Source: Camelus dromedarius
Taxonomy: Eukaryota
Reading direction: 5' to 3'
Length of the DNA stretch: 64,000 bases
Assembly (NCBI RefSeq): GCF_036321535.1
Contig: NC_087436.1
Location: forward strand, 118,980,001-119,044,000
The notes under the pieces were generated by a model. It did not search any database. It worked only from the letters and a program-made list of their open reading frames with translations, and was not told where the DNA came from. The position numbers and the translations under genes are program-made. This document shows, piece after piece, positions 22,771 to 35,702 of the stretch (its first letter is position 1; each line of letters starts with the position of its first letter).

Positions 22771-25207
22771 AAGCCCACGGTGGTCAGAAGGTGCGAAGCC
22801 CCTCTCCTCACACCTCGGCCCCGCCCAAGCCTTCTGGAACCTCAGTGGGATCTGGGAAGAGACGGAATCCACGTGGCCCCAGGCGCTCACTGCAGCCCCG
22901 GGCGCGGGGGCGACAAATTCAGCGGAGTTGAGTCATCGAAAGACAGTGACAGCTCTTGCACTTGAGCTTGTGGGCGGAGTCACACCCAGCTCGCCACCAC
23001 CAGGCGTATGACAGTGACGTTCCCGGAATCCGTGCGTGTGCTGGGCTCGGGACACGGTGGCAGCCCGCGTGGGCGGCTGCTCGTTCAGACCCCTGGGGAG
23101 CCAGCTGACAGTCACAAACGCCAAGAGGGGCTCTGATTCCCACCTCCAGCCCACGAAGGACGTCATTCAAACAGCGTGGGGGGCACAGTGCCACCTCTAG
23201 TCTCTCTAAATCCTGTCCTTCCCGCACACACACTCAGGGACAGTTTCCGGGCATATTTCTCTCCATGTTTCTCGTTCTCATTCTTTTGGTGAAGTAGTCA
23301 CTGCCTTGCTTTTCCCCCCACGGCATCTTCTAACATAATCATTTCCCCGTGTCACTAAAAACCTCCTAAGCCAGTATTTTAAATGTCTGAACAACAGCCC
23401 ATTACACAGACATCCTCGTCCGGCCGCCCTGGTGCGCCCTCATGTCTGAGACTCTGCCCCTGCAGTCTCCCCTTTCTAGAAGGTTCCTCCCCCAGAGCTC
23501 TGCATGGCGCACCCCCTCAGAGAGACTGTTCCCCTGTCACCTCCTCAGTGAGGTGCCCTTCCCTGCTCTCGGCTTTTTTGGTGGCTGTTTATACCACTCA
23601 GCGCCTCTCGGCATCACAGCACCTAGTTAGGAGTTGACCACCGATCGGTCCCTCCTGCACCTCGGTGCCAGGAGCAGGGCTGGGGGCGCAGCAGGGGCAG
23701 ACCCTGCCTGGGCGGTGGCGGTTGCGTGTGACACGTGGCGTGCCCTGGTGGCCCAACTCTGCCCAGAGAGGGAGCTCTGCTCTCCCCGCCCTGAGTGCGG
23801 ACAGCTCAGCCCTCAGGGGAAGGCTCGGCGACCAGGGAGAAGGCGTTCCCAGGGCTCCCCTGGAGAGGCCCTGGGGCTCGTGGACGAGCACAAACCCAGA
23901 CAGCGGCTGTCCTGCCCAGCTGTGGGCGTGAGGAAGGCCGGGAAAATGTCTGTAGATGTGGACAAGCCCAGAGGTGGACAGTGGGGTGAATGAAGAAGGG
24001 ACAGAACTTGGCCAAGGAGGGAGGAGGAGGGGTCTGAGCACCTGGGGGCTTGTGCGTCCCGCCTGCTCTGGCTGCCCAGGGAAAGCAGGCTGGGGCCTGG
24101 GCAGGGGAGAGAGCAACCCAGGCCCGCCCAGTGGCCTTCTGGCTCCTTCACCAAAACTCTGATAATGCCCCCACAGGTGCCGACTGGTCACTACTCATTC
24201 ATTCATTCATTCATTCATTCATTCAACAAGTGTGTATTTCCAGACACTACTGTAGGTACTGGGGTAGATACAGATGTGGACCCAAGTCCCTGCCCTTCTG
24301 GCTGGGGCCACATCTGTTCCTGTCCCCCTGCTATTCCCACAAGGTCATCCAGGGAGGATGCTGTGGCCTGATCCTCTGCCTTCAGGTGCCTCTGGGGAGC
24401 GCCGTGTTAGTGAGCCACCACTGGCACAGCCCAGCCCCGGGGGTGAGGAGCACCAGCCAGGCTGCCCCAGAGTCCCAGGTTCAAGTCCTGCTCTGCCACT
24501 CTTCAGTGTGGGTGACCTTGGGCCCATCCCTGGAGCCTCAGTTTCCCTTTTGGTTGCAAGACTCCCTGGGAGCTTGTATGATGTTGAATGGGATGATACA
24601 GGCAGAGAGCCGGGTGCCTGGCTCAGGTGTCCAGGTGAGCTGCCGTGTGTGGTGGTGGCTGTCATATTAGGTTCCCTCGGTCCTTGTTTAGCCCCACATC
24701 TCCTTGGTACCTCCTTGGCAACCACAGCTGGCCCTGTGGTGGGTTCCAGCATGAGGTGACCCTGAGGAGATGACAGTTAGGGGAGACGGAGTGGTCACTG
24801 AAAGCTCCACAGGGTGTGGCCAGTCTGTGAGAGGGAAGTGCTGGGGGCTCCGGGAGCACAGAGGAGGGACCTGGTCCAGTGTGGGGGTCAGGGAGGGCTT
24901 CCTGAAGTAGGTGACCAATGAATGTGGTCCCTCCTTGGCTTCCAGTGCCCAGCGCACTCCCTGGCTCTCACCTGAGCTGCCTGACTGCTGGAAGCTGGAC
25001 AGTCTTGATCTGCGCGGGGACTTGGGGTGTGGGCAGTGAGGGGCACGACCAAGTTCCCCCTGTCAACAGCCCTAAAGCAGTACTGAGCCCACCCCCAGTC
25101 CATCCAGAACAGCCTCACGCCCTGTCCATCCTCCTGAGGCTGCAGCATCAGGACCAGCCCTGCCCGCGCCACCCGCTGCGCTAACTCTGGCCAGTGGGCG
25201 CACTTAC

Positions 25208-25372
25208 GTTTGGAGTGCTTGTCACACAGGGCAGCTGCCCGCATGTCACAGAGGCGCAGGGAGCCCTTGCTGCTGCTGTAGACGAAGAGGTTGCAGTGGT
25301 GCGGATGGAATTCGGACGCGGTGATCACCTCTGTGAGGTCCTCCATGTTGGCTGGCTTGATGTCCACAATGT
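25208..25372 (-). CDS. PPP2R2C: PPP2R2C coding exon 6 (165 nt; (N)[54 protein letters not shown](L))
   Basis: Overlaps ORF 24888..25367. Acceptor gctgcccag|AC, donor AAAC|gtaagt. Confidence 0.97.
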
Positions 25373-25919
25373 CTGGGCAGCCCGGTCAAGGAAGGGGCGG
25401 TGAAGGGAGGGCGCCCTGGCTGCTCTGCTTTCCCCGGCTCAGACACCCCATGCCTCTCCCCGGCACACCCACCTACGAGGCTCCTGGACAAACATCCTGC
25501 CCCAGAGCGTCCTGAAGCTGCAGGCCTGGGTGTAGGCAGCCTTCTGGGTGCCCCCATCCACTGTCCCCATAAGGCTGGACCCACCACCTCCCTCCTGGAC
25601 TGTACCCTCCCTCCAGCCGGTGCCCATCGGCTGCCCAGCCCCAGAGAGATTACACGTGTCCAGGGTGACTCAGCAGTAAATGAGACTAGATTCCTGTCCA
25701 CTCCATCGCCTACAACAGCAGACTGGAACCCCTGGGGGGGGCACTCAAGGCCTGGCATTCCCTGGCTTCTTTCTACCTTTTCACCTTCAGATCCTACTAG
25801 CTGCTCTTCCCTGAGGCACCCGCTGTCTCTAGTCTCCCAGGCCCTGTGGGGTCTCTGCACAGCCTGCTCCCTCTGATGGAAATGCCCCCTCCTTCCTCTT
25901 CCTCTGCACGTGACCCCTG

Positions 25920-26120
25920 GAGTCAGAGAATCCTAGCTCTGCCACCTCCTGGCTGTGTGATCCCAGGCGAGTTCCCCCCTACCAGTCCCCCATACCTCAG
26001 TTTCCTCATCTGTAAAATGGGCTAATGGTTCTGACTTCATGGGTTTGCCGTGAGGATGCGAGGAGGAAGAGCTCTTGGCGACTGCCTGACACAGCGCAGG
26101 GCTCAGCGAATGTCAGTTGC
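25920..26120 (+). mobile_element. MIR SINE (one of many; others near 14040-14265, 31590-31800, 34190-34350, 35430-35620, 51975-52160)
   Basis: Core cctcagtttcctcatctgtaaaatggg. Confidence 0.8.
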
Positions 26121-28894
26121 TGTTTTTATTTTTTTTTAATCTGGAAAATACCGGCTGAAACTTTGAGACTCCTCTGCAGTCAGCGCCCCGCCCACCCTGC
26201 CCCAGGCTGCTTCCTCTCTCGATAAGAGAGAGGCATTTTCTGACTTCTGTCAACACGAGAGTTTATAAAACATCAGAAAAGACAGTTGGATCTGCAATCA
26301 GAGGCACTGAGAAGGGTCTCGGTGCAAACACTCAAAACTTGCTTGTGAGAAGCACATCGCTGAGGAGAAACTTAGACTCACATCAAACAGGAGAGACGGC
26401 CCGGTCGTCAGTGCTGGGGCTGGTGTCCCAGGGACCGCAGCTTCCTGGTGCAAGAAGCAGAGAGTAAGTCATGAAGAAAATGAGAGATTAGAGTCAGAGA
26501 GAAAAAGAAGCACAGCTTCTGGGATGCGAGTTCCATCAACATCCACCTGTAGCCCGAACCACTACGGCCTGGGCACCCACAGACGACTTTCTATGAGGCT
26601 CTGCCTGCTCAGAATGGCCTTGGCTTCCTGCTGAACTTAACACGGTATCTGGAGGAAAGGTGACGTCGTTTACAAAACGTCACACACGTCAGATCAGCAC
26701 CTGTCGGGTGTTCTGCAAACAGAGACTAGATTCTCTCGCAGGACTTGGGACCCAAAAGCCAAAGGGGGCCTGGTGGAAACAGAAGGGCCAGGCCTCAGGG
26801 CACGCAGGTGGGGTTCCAGTCCGGGTTGCGTCACTTGTTGTGGGACACGTGTTCTCACCGTGTTTCTCAGGCTTGTACCCCCTTGGGGCGCAGGACTCAA
26901 GGTGAAGTGAGGAGGCTTTGCCTGTAGGTGGTACTCCGAACGTCCCTGGGAGACCTGCCTCCGGACCTAAGGGTACTCGGGCTGTCCTGACTTGCTGCTT
27001 TTTGCCAGTGAATGGGGGGCAGAAGTGACATGTGACATGTGTCACTCTCAGGCTGAAGCTCTGAGGGCCAGCACGTGCTGTGCCGGGGGCCTCGGGTGAC
27101 CTGCGGTGGACATGCGGCGTGAGTGGGCTGCTGTCGGCCTCTGACACTTTCCCTTTGTTACTTCAGGATCACCTAAGCTTCTCAACTGAGTCAGTGTCCA
27201 CAATCTCTCTCCTTTCTGGCCTCGGGGATGCTCTAGAGCCCAGCTCAATGGAGAAAGATCAGCGATATGATGTCTAAACCCTCTGGATCATGGAGACTAA
27301 AGCTGGAGGGTGTATGAACCATCTTTCTAACCTGAGGCTGCGGACGCTGTGGCCAGAGAGTGCTCAGGAGCCTTGTCTCCCAGGCCCCCAGACCCTGGTC
27401 CCAGACTCCTCCAGGGGCCAAGGCCAAGCAAATGGGTGATTACAGAGCACGTGTTTCCTGCTTCCCGGGACCCAGATCACAGTAACCGCTCCTGACAGCC
27501 TCAGCACAGCCACATCCAGCTTTGGCCTTCTCCAAACACGAGTTAGAAATCTGAACGAGGCCATGGTGGTTTGAGTCCACAGGGCTCACATAAGTCCACA
27601 GCCCTCTGCAGTGAACATGCCCAAACCAGGACTACACAGATCAAACACGCCTGAACCTGGGCGACACACAGCTGGCCAAGGGGTGACCCACGTGGACCGA
27701 GGACCTTGTGTGTGGGCTGGGGAGACAGTCTCCAATGCCTGGGTCCCGCCAACAGCCCTGGCCCGTGGTTCTTATAGCCCCTGCAACACTCAGGGAATCT
27801 CTCTTGCTGTTTCAAACAAGGGACCTGATACAGTGGGTGCTGGGGAAAGACGACGTGAAACCCAGAGCTTCGTTTCCACATGACACTGGTGGAGGAAGAC
27901 AAAATCACGGTAACAGCCAAAGTGTGCCTCTGAATCCTCAGCACATGGCCACACTCGGCTTCTCCAGGACAGCACGGTGTCCTCAGGGAGTGGCCATCTG
28001 GTCACCTGGTCCCAGAGGGCCTCTCCAAGACCTCTGGCTCCGCTCGTCACAGCACAAGGCCCTCCCTGTGGGTGCCTGGCTCCTCGCTGGCCATCAGGCG
28101 CATGAGAGGTGAGTTATCGAGTGAGGCTGTCCCTGCTGAAGCCCCGTGGTCACGTCAAAGCAGGGGCCTGAAGACAGACTCCTGACAAGGGAATAGGGGT
28201 GGAGAAGCCTCTGTAGCGCAGTAATTACATCCAGAACAGACACCACAAACATCCTTGGGGCTCCCACCCAAAGTCTGCGGACTTTGAGACACTTGGTCTA
28301 GAGTGACCGTACTTGGTGGCCTTGAACTTGGCAGGACTGGTGCTGGGTTGGAAGTTGGGGCCTTTGTGCTTGGTGCCCAGTCTTACCTTTCTCTGGAATG
28401 TTCAGTTCCATGTGCAAAAATAATTTCCATTCTGTAAACCTCGGTTTACCTCATTTGCAAAATTAAGAGTTGAGTATGACCCTGGAATGCCCTTTCATTT
28501 TGAGGATTAACCCCTAGGCCCCCCACCCTGTCCCATTTCAGAGCCAGCTGCATGAATCCCACGTGCATGGATTCATGTTCACAGCAAAGTTCACGGCAAG
28601 ACTGACCTCCCTTGGGAACGAGCATGATCAGACTCATTTTTGAGCCCCCCTCCCCCTGGCAAAGCTGGATGAATTATTCATTTCTATTTTTCTATCTAAT
28701 TGTACTCCAAGTGTCTGCTGGGTTTTGTTTAACTTCCAATCACACTTTGGCAGCTCAGGATGGTTTTCCCTACAAGGAAAGTTTGTCAGACACAGGTAGG
28801 TGGAGGGAGGAGCAGGCGGCGTGGAGAGGATGAAGGGAGAAGGCAGGCTCGATCCGGTCCTCACATCCTGGCTGAGAGAGAGGTATTTTTCTCC

Positions 28895-29325
28895 ATTGCA
28901 GGGGGCTGAGTGGTGGCCTCGCCCCTCACCCCCAAATGCACGTCCATATCCCAACCCCCAGAACTGTGAATGTGACCTTATTCGCAAAAAGGTCTTTGTA
29001 GATACGATCAAGTTAAGGATCTCAAGATGGGATCATCCTGGATTGCCTGGGTGGACCTTAAATCCAATGATCAGTGTCGTTTTAAAGGACGCAGAAGGAG
29101 AAACAGAGACACCCAGAGGAGAAAGCCACACAGTGTCAGAGGCAGAGACGGGTGATGCCTGGGGCCACCAAGCTGGGAGAGGTAAGGAAGGGTCCTCCCC
29201 TAGAGACTTCAGAGGGAGCACAGCCCTGCCAATGCCTTAACTGCAAACTTCCAGTCTCCACAACTGTGAGAGGATAGACTTCCGAGCTTGTGGAAAGTCG
29301 TGATGGTGTCCAGAGGAAACTCAGA
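28895..29325 (+). mobile_element. MaLR solo LTR (MLT1C-like)
   Basis: gaactgtgaatgtgaccttatt..ggtctttgtagat..ttaaggatctcaagatg..cctagagacttcagagggagca hallmarks. Confidence 0.8.
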
Positions 29326-30118
29326 ACTTCCCGGGAGCCAGGGAATAATGACAGGGGCGTAATGCCAGTGCCACGGACATCTTTTTCAACATGCGCGTCA
29401 GATCGCTTCTCTCTGTAACTCCCTGTCTGAGCACCTAAAATGCAAAGCCAGGAACCAGGGCAGCTTCCGGATCCTTCTCTCCTCCTTCTTCACATCCAAG
29501 CAGCCTCCGCATCCTGGGCTCCTCCACCCGGGGGTCCCTCTGCTCTGGCCCTCAGCCCAGGGTGCCTCTGCTTCACTGGGGCTCCCCGCCCCTGGCCATC
29601 CCGCCAACCTCAGCCAGAGTGAACTCCCTAAAATAGGGGTCAGTGGCCCCCCCCCACTGCCCACAAGAGAAGGCCTTGACGGCATGCATTCAAGGCCGCG
29701 AGGATGGCCCTGCGCTGCCTGCCTTTCCCCAGTCTCACCTCGGGCCATTTCTCCCTCCTCACCTTCCAGCCAATCCAATTGTTTGATGTTTCTGGATCAT
29801 TACACAGAGGTTGTAGTCTCTTCCTGAACACCAAGGCAGGCCCTACCATCTGCTCATCCTTGCAGACCTCACCTCCTCCAGATCACCACGCTGCACACGA
29901 GCCCGTCTCCCCCACCTTCAGCCCCAGGGCAGGGAGCCTGTCTCACTGAGGTCTATGCCACCCCAGCTCCCTCGCACACAGCCAGCCCACAGAGGCACCC
30001 GGGGTGTCTGCTGCATGAACAAATGCCAGATGAGGAGATGATTCAAAATCTTTCCTCATGAACACTCCTTCTACACACTCCTTCTACTTATTTATTTATT
30101 TAAAGCCTTTCCCTGCAA

Positions 30119-30258
30119 GATTTTTATTTATGTTGTTTTTTTGGGGGGGGGTTATTATTTTACTTATAGGTTTATTTTTTTAAAGAAGGTGCTGGGGGAT
30201 TGAACCCAGGACCATGTGCCTGCTAAGCATGAATTCTACCACTAAGTTACACCCTCCC
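30119..30258 (-). mobile_element. tRNA-derived SINE, camelid Vic-1-like
   Basis: Minus strand reads GGGAGGGTGTAACTTAGTGGTAGA..GGTCCTGGGTTCAATCCCC with Pol III A and B boxes and an A-rich tail containing a C-run. Possible TSD ccctgcaa (30111-30118 / 30256-30263). Confidence 0.8.
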
Positions 30259-31910
30259 TGCAACAGTCCTTCAATTTAGAAACCCTGTTCTCTGCCATTT
30301 GTCCCCCAGCCCCAGTCCAGGCGTGGAAGCTGGGTGATGCTGCTTTAGCTTTATTTAGAAGGCTTCTCAGAGGTTCCCAAGGCCAGTGAGCAGCAGAGCT
30401 GACATCTGAACCCAGGATGTGTGACTGTAAGTCTACTGAGGTTCTTTCTCCCACAGCTTTCTGTGGGGGTCCCCACCCCTTGGTCCATTCTAGGATGTGA
30501 CAACAACCATTCTACCACAGGGCCTTTGCACTTCCTACTCCCTTTGTCTAGAGAGCAACTCTCCCAAATATCTGCAAGGCTCTTTCCTTAATGTCCTTCA
30601 GATCTCTGTCTGAAGGCTCCTTAACAAAGTGGCCTTCTCCTACAAACCCCCCTCCCCCAAATAAACCTATTTCTTTTACTTTGCATTAAACAAACACACA
30701 CACCCATATGCACCTTTTATTTTTGCAAGCATCAATTGCTACTTATTGTCAATGGCTTATTTGCTGGCTGTCTGCCCCCCCTAGCGAGCACGGGAACTTG
30801 TCCACATGGATAGCTGCTGCACCTTCAGTGCCTAGAGGAGTACCTAGCACATGGCAGGTGCTTAGTAAACAGTTGCTGGAGTGAATGAATGAATCAGCCC
30901 ATTGTGGGCCCCTCCGATCAGGGATGCAAGAGTGCGGGAAAATTCAAACCCATCTTGAGGAGAAGATGCCCTTAAAGTGGGTTTGAACAGCAGGCTCAAG
31001 GAGACTCCAGGCCATGAGGAATGTGTGTGTATGCGGGGGGGGGGGGGTCCTTTTAGGAGCAGAATGTCACTTATGGGGGCCATTAAAATGAGCCACCAAC
31101 CCCGAAGCTTGCTGCAGCCAGCCAAGCTCAAGAGCATCACAGAACCCGGGAAGCTCACAGGTTTCTGCTGAGCTTGTCAGGAAGGCCGATTCCCCACTAG
31201 AACCCCTGTGGTCTCCTCCATGCTGCGTTCATACACCCGTCACTGCTTATCTTTTCAGGCTGCTGGCCGACCTGTCCTGTCCATCTGACTGTGGGCAAAA
31301 TCCTGTTCCTGTTTGTACCTTAAACTCCAGTTTATACGCATACCCACCCAAAATGGCCCGTGGGCTGGCTCTGAGCAGATGGCTTCACATCCTCTCCACA
31401 TGTGAGGGAGGTGCACCCCCTTCTATGGATGAAGAAACAGGGGTTCAGCAAAGAGAAGCCACTTGCTCAGGGCCAGGCAGAGGGGGGCCAGCTGGGGACT
31501 AGAACTAAATTGGGTTCCAGGGTCTGAAAGATACCCACTGTGACTTGGGAGGCAAAGCAGAGCCTGGGTGAGAACCGTGGCCCCAGTCGCCTGAGGCTGA
31601 ATCCAGGCTCTGCTGCTTGTTAGCTGTGTGTCCTTGGGCAAGTTTCTAAACCTCTCTGTGCCTCAGTTTCCCCAAGTTCAAAATGGCAATGGTACACCCT
31701 ACCTCCTAGGGTAGCAATAGGATTAATTATGATGGCACACGTGATGTGCTGAGAACGGGAAGGGGGGGGGGCTGGCACAGAGTAGGTGCTTTGTAAGTGA
31801 ACCAGGAAGGCACGTGGCATAATGCCAGGGCCTGAGAAGACGTCTTTGGTTCTGGTGGCTGTCTGGCTCCAGCCCCAAGTGTGAATATATACAAGTATAA
31901 CCCTCTAGAC

Positions 31911-32130
31911 CAGGGGTCTGCAGACATTTTCTGTCAAGGGCCAGAGAGTAAATTTAGGCTGAACTCACCAGGACAGCTCATGTAGGCTACTCACCTCTGC
32001 TTCTGCGGTGCAAAGCCAGCCAAAGACAGTATGCAAATGAGTGGGTGTGGCCGTGTCCCCATCAAGCTGTATAAGCTGGTGGATTCCTGCGCCCACCTCT
32101 CCCCAGTGGGCTACTCTTTCCTGACCCCCG
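31911..32130 (+). mobile_element. hAT-Charlie DNA transposon relic (MER58-like)
   Basis: Begins caggggtctgcagac..tctgtcaagggccaga and ends ctgacccc; flanked by nTCTAGAn 8-bp target sites typical of Charlie elements. Confidence 0.75.
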
Positions 32131-33525
32131 TCTAGAAGAGGGATTGCAATCCTGCTCTTGTAACGGAAGCCCCCCTTCCCTATCGCCAGTATGTCAAACG
32201 CCTGGGGGAGTCAGTACAGGAGGAGTCAGTAGAACAGGGGTTTGACCTGTTCCATCACAGAATGAAATCTCTGGTTCTTCCTGCCAAGAACACAGGAATG
32301 TAATCCAGACAGGCCTGCAGAGTCATCAAGTTTGCAGAGATTTTTATAGAAACTCCTTCATTTCCTGCTGCCAAAGGCACTGCCTGATGTCCTGAAACCA
32401 GCCCCCGCACACCACCAGCACAGGGGCCAGCCCTCAGTCGGAAACTGCGCCACGAGGGATCCCACTCAAATGGCCTCTCAAATGTCGGAGAGAAGGTGAC
32501 CATGTTCCTGGGCCCTCACTCCTGGGAGATTCACCTCTCTGTGCCTCGGTCTCCAGTCACTGTCCCCTCGGGGGCACAGGTACAAGGGTCGTCACTCATC
32601 CACTGGGAAAACCTCCACCGACCACTAGGTGGGTCAGGCACGTGAAATGAATAAATGTCACTGGCTTGTTCCAGCGAGGAGCTCAAATGGGAAATGGGTA
32701 CAGAAAGCACCCCACAAAAGCCCAGGGAGTGCCAAATATCAACGAATGTGCCGGGCTTCAGCGGCTGCGCCAAGACAGATGACTGTGAAAACACAGCAAG
32801 AAAAAGAGCCTAGAGACAGAGTCAAACCCTTGGAGGGCTGGTGAGGACACCTCTGAGGTGTCCCTGCAGGACGGGATCGCCCACCATCCCAAGGAGAGGG
32901 AGGCCAAGGCAGGGAAGAGACTGGCCCAGGGCCAGAGGTGGAGCCTGGCAGAGCAAGGATAGACCCCTGGCTTCCTAACTCCCAGCCAGTGTTCCTCCTG
33001 CTGCCCGCTACGTTCTGGAGTGACGGCATCTCCGCACAACATGCAGCTTTCCCGGGAGGTCAGCACTCCCAAGGGCCTGCTGCCGGGGCTCGCTGGACTG
33101 GCTATGTCCAGGGCAAGCTGGATGTCAAGAGTGGGCAGGGACTCCATGAAGAGAAGGATGTGGCCTTGGGCTCCACTGGCTGAACCACACAAAGTGTGGT
33201 TTATCCAGATGTCTCAGCAGGAGCACACTCGCAGGAGGAGGAGGCTGTTACCATAGCAACAGAGCAGCTGCAGAGTGAGAATGGAAGCAGCTCTGCCAAG
33301 GACCACACCACCAGAGCCTCCCACACAGGCTCCCCAAGGATGCTGGTGTGGAGGTGCCCAGAAAGGCCTCCTGCACACAAATGCAGTCTCACTGGGGCAC
33401 GGCCAGCAAAGCTGCTTTTTCCCAGCAGATTTTCTTTAAAGGATGACCTGGCTACAAAAATGAGCTGTGAGCACTCTGGCCAAACCGGGTCAGATCCTAC
33501 AGGAGGTTCCTGGCAACTTGTGCCT

Positions 33526-33910
33526 TGGTACCAGTTTGTTTGGGCCACCAAAGTGAAATACCACAGTTGGGTGGCTTAAACAGAAGAAAACTCTTTTCTC
33601 ACAGTCCTGGAGGCTGGAAGTCCAAGATCAAAGTGTCAGCAGGGTTGGTTCCTTTTGAGGCTTCTCCCCATGGCTTGCAGCTATCTTCTCACTGCGTCCT
33701 CACGTGGTCATCCTTCTGTGTGTGTCTGGGTCCTAATCCCTCTTCTCATAAGGACACCAGTCATACTGGATTGGGACCCACCCTCATGACCTCATTTCAC
33801 CTTAATCACCTCTTTAAAGACCTTAACTCCAAATACAGTCACTTTCTGAGGTGCTGGAGGTTAGGGCTTCAACATACAAATTTGGGGCAGACAAAATTCA
33901 GTCCGTAACA
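33526..33910 (-). mobile_element. MaLR solo LTR (MLT1A-like)
   Basis: aaataccacag..ggtggcttaaac..ctggaggctggaagtccaagatcaa..aattcagtccgtaaca hallmarks. Confidence 0.85.
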
Positions 33911-35681
33911 GCCTCCTTCCCTTCTCTGCTCGGAACCTTATTAACTATGATGGTGCAATCCCACTCAGAGAGCAGGATCAGACAGCTGGGGCCACACGGC
34001 GCTGTGGGAAAGGGGCTATTTCTAGTAACCACCCGCTGTACAAGCACACAGAAGCTTTCGAGTGTGTGATGTTTCTCTGTGCGGTGAGCCCATCTGCACA
34101 CCTCCACCACAAGCCAGCTTATGTGATTCCCAGACGCTTAAACAAGCAAGAACGCACTGTTTGCACAAAAACCAGAGGTTGATAGTCCAGGTCCACTGAG
34201 TAACAGCTGTGTGACCTCTGGAAAACTCAACCTCTCTGTGCCCTGCTTTTCTTATCTGTAGAATGAGTGGGTACCATCTGCTTTGCAGGGCTGTAACGAA
34301 GATTTAATGAATTTACATAAGTCAAAGACCCTAGCAGGTGGCTGGTACTTTCAGCAACAAAGTTAGTTAAATAAGAATCAGAGCATTTCTACTCCTCTGA
34401 AAAAAAAAAAAAAACACGAAATCAAGCAGGTTGTAAAAGGTGTAATGTTTGTCTTACCCTGGAAGGACAGTGAGGGTTTGTGTTGGATCGCATGCCTGGG
34501 TTTGCACCCAACCTAGAGTTGGGAGGGAGAACTCAAGGGGGACAGAGCTGGGATGTATAGCCAGCCAGCTACCTTCTCATGGCACCAAGAAAGGGAAAAC
34601 CAGACCCTGTCCTAACTTGTCAGGCTCCTAGCCCAGCACTGAAACCAGATATTAGCCCCACGATTGATGCTCCAGGAGACATACAGGGGGCATGCGACGG
34701 GGTTTATAACAAAGTGCTGAGCTTGTCTGGAGAGTCAGGGAAGTGTCCTCTGAGGCAAAGGCATTAAGCTGAGGGTGGAAGAGTTATCCAGGAAGGGAGT
34801 CAGGCTGGAGGAAGTGTAAGGCTGAGGAGTTGTGAGAGGGCAGGCTGCTGGAGCCCCAAGAGGGAGAGAGAGAGGGTGGGTGACAGGACTTTGGCCTGGA
34901 ATCCAGGGGGTTTAATCAGGAGGGTGTTAGAGAAGTGCCATGGAGGCCTGTCAGGAAGGGACAGGAAGCACCAAAGAGTCACATGTCCCTAACACCTAGA
35001 AGAAATGTTAGAAACATCATACAGCTGCCAAAGCCCATGCATCTGGCCACCCATGTTATGAATCAATCCCTACTCTGTCCTGCAACAGTGCAAACAGCAC
35101 CTGCTTTCCCTTAGGATCTAAAACAAGAGCCAGAAACATTATTGCATGGATGGGGTTGGACGGGCAATCTGATCGACCAGGGCTAGGAGGGGCCCACAGG
35201 CAACAGCATCCACTTTTCAGAGCTTGTCCCCACATCTGCAAAATGGAGGGAATGACAGCCCACCGACACGAGCTGCTGGGAGGGTTAAATGCAGCAAGTG
35301 CAGTGCATTCAGCCCAGCACCTGCAATAAATGAGCAACGACAGTGGCTGTCGTGGAAGTTGTTACTATCATGACTGAGAGGTGGTGGGGCGTGACAGTGA
35401 CGTGCAAGGGTTCTGCGTCCAGATGCTGCAAGTCTGAATCACACCCACTTGCTAGCTGGGTGACTCTGGGTAGATTACTTAAGCGTTCTGTGGCTTAGGT
35501 TCTTCCCCTGTAGAGGCGGGATGTTATCATGCCTACTCCGCTGTGATGTCAGGAGGATTAAATAGGTCAGTATGTTCCCTGCGATAGAACGCTGTCTGGC
35601 GGAGCAAGTGCTCGGTAAGAGGCGACGGTGGTGTGGGAAGTGGTGAGAATGGAGATGGGGAAGCACTATGCGCTGGGTGGG

Positions 35682-35702
35682 GTCAGCACCACGGACAGCA
35701 CA
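35682..35702 (+). promoter_or_regulatory. REST/NRSF binding site (RE1/NRSE) GTCAGCACCACGGACAGCACA
   Basis: Both half-sites are intact with the canonical 2-nt spacer (TCAGCACC-AC-GGACAG); consensus is TTCAGCACCACGGACAGCGCC. Confidence 0.88.

Noticed and set aside
30180..30258. tRNA gene
   Set aside because: Has Pol III boxes but lacks an intact acceptor stem and carries a SINE-type A-rich tail.
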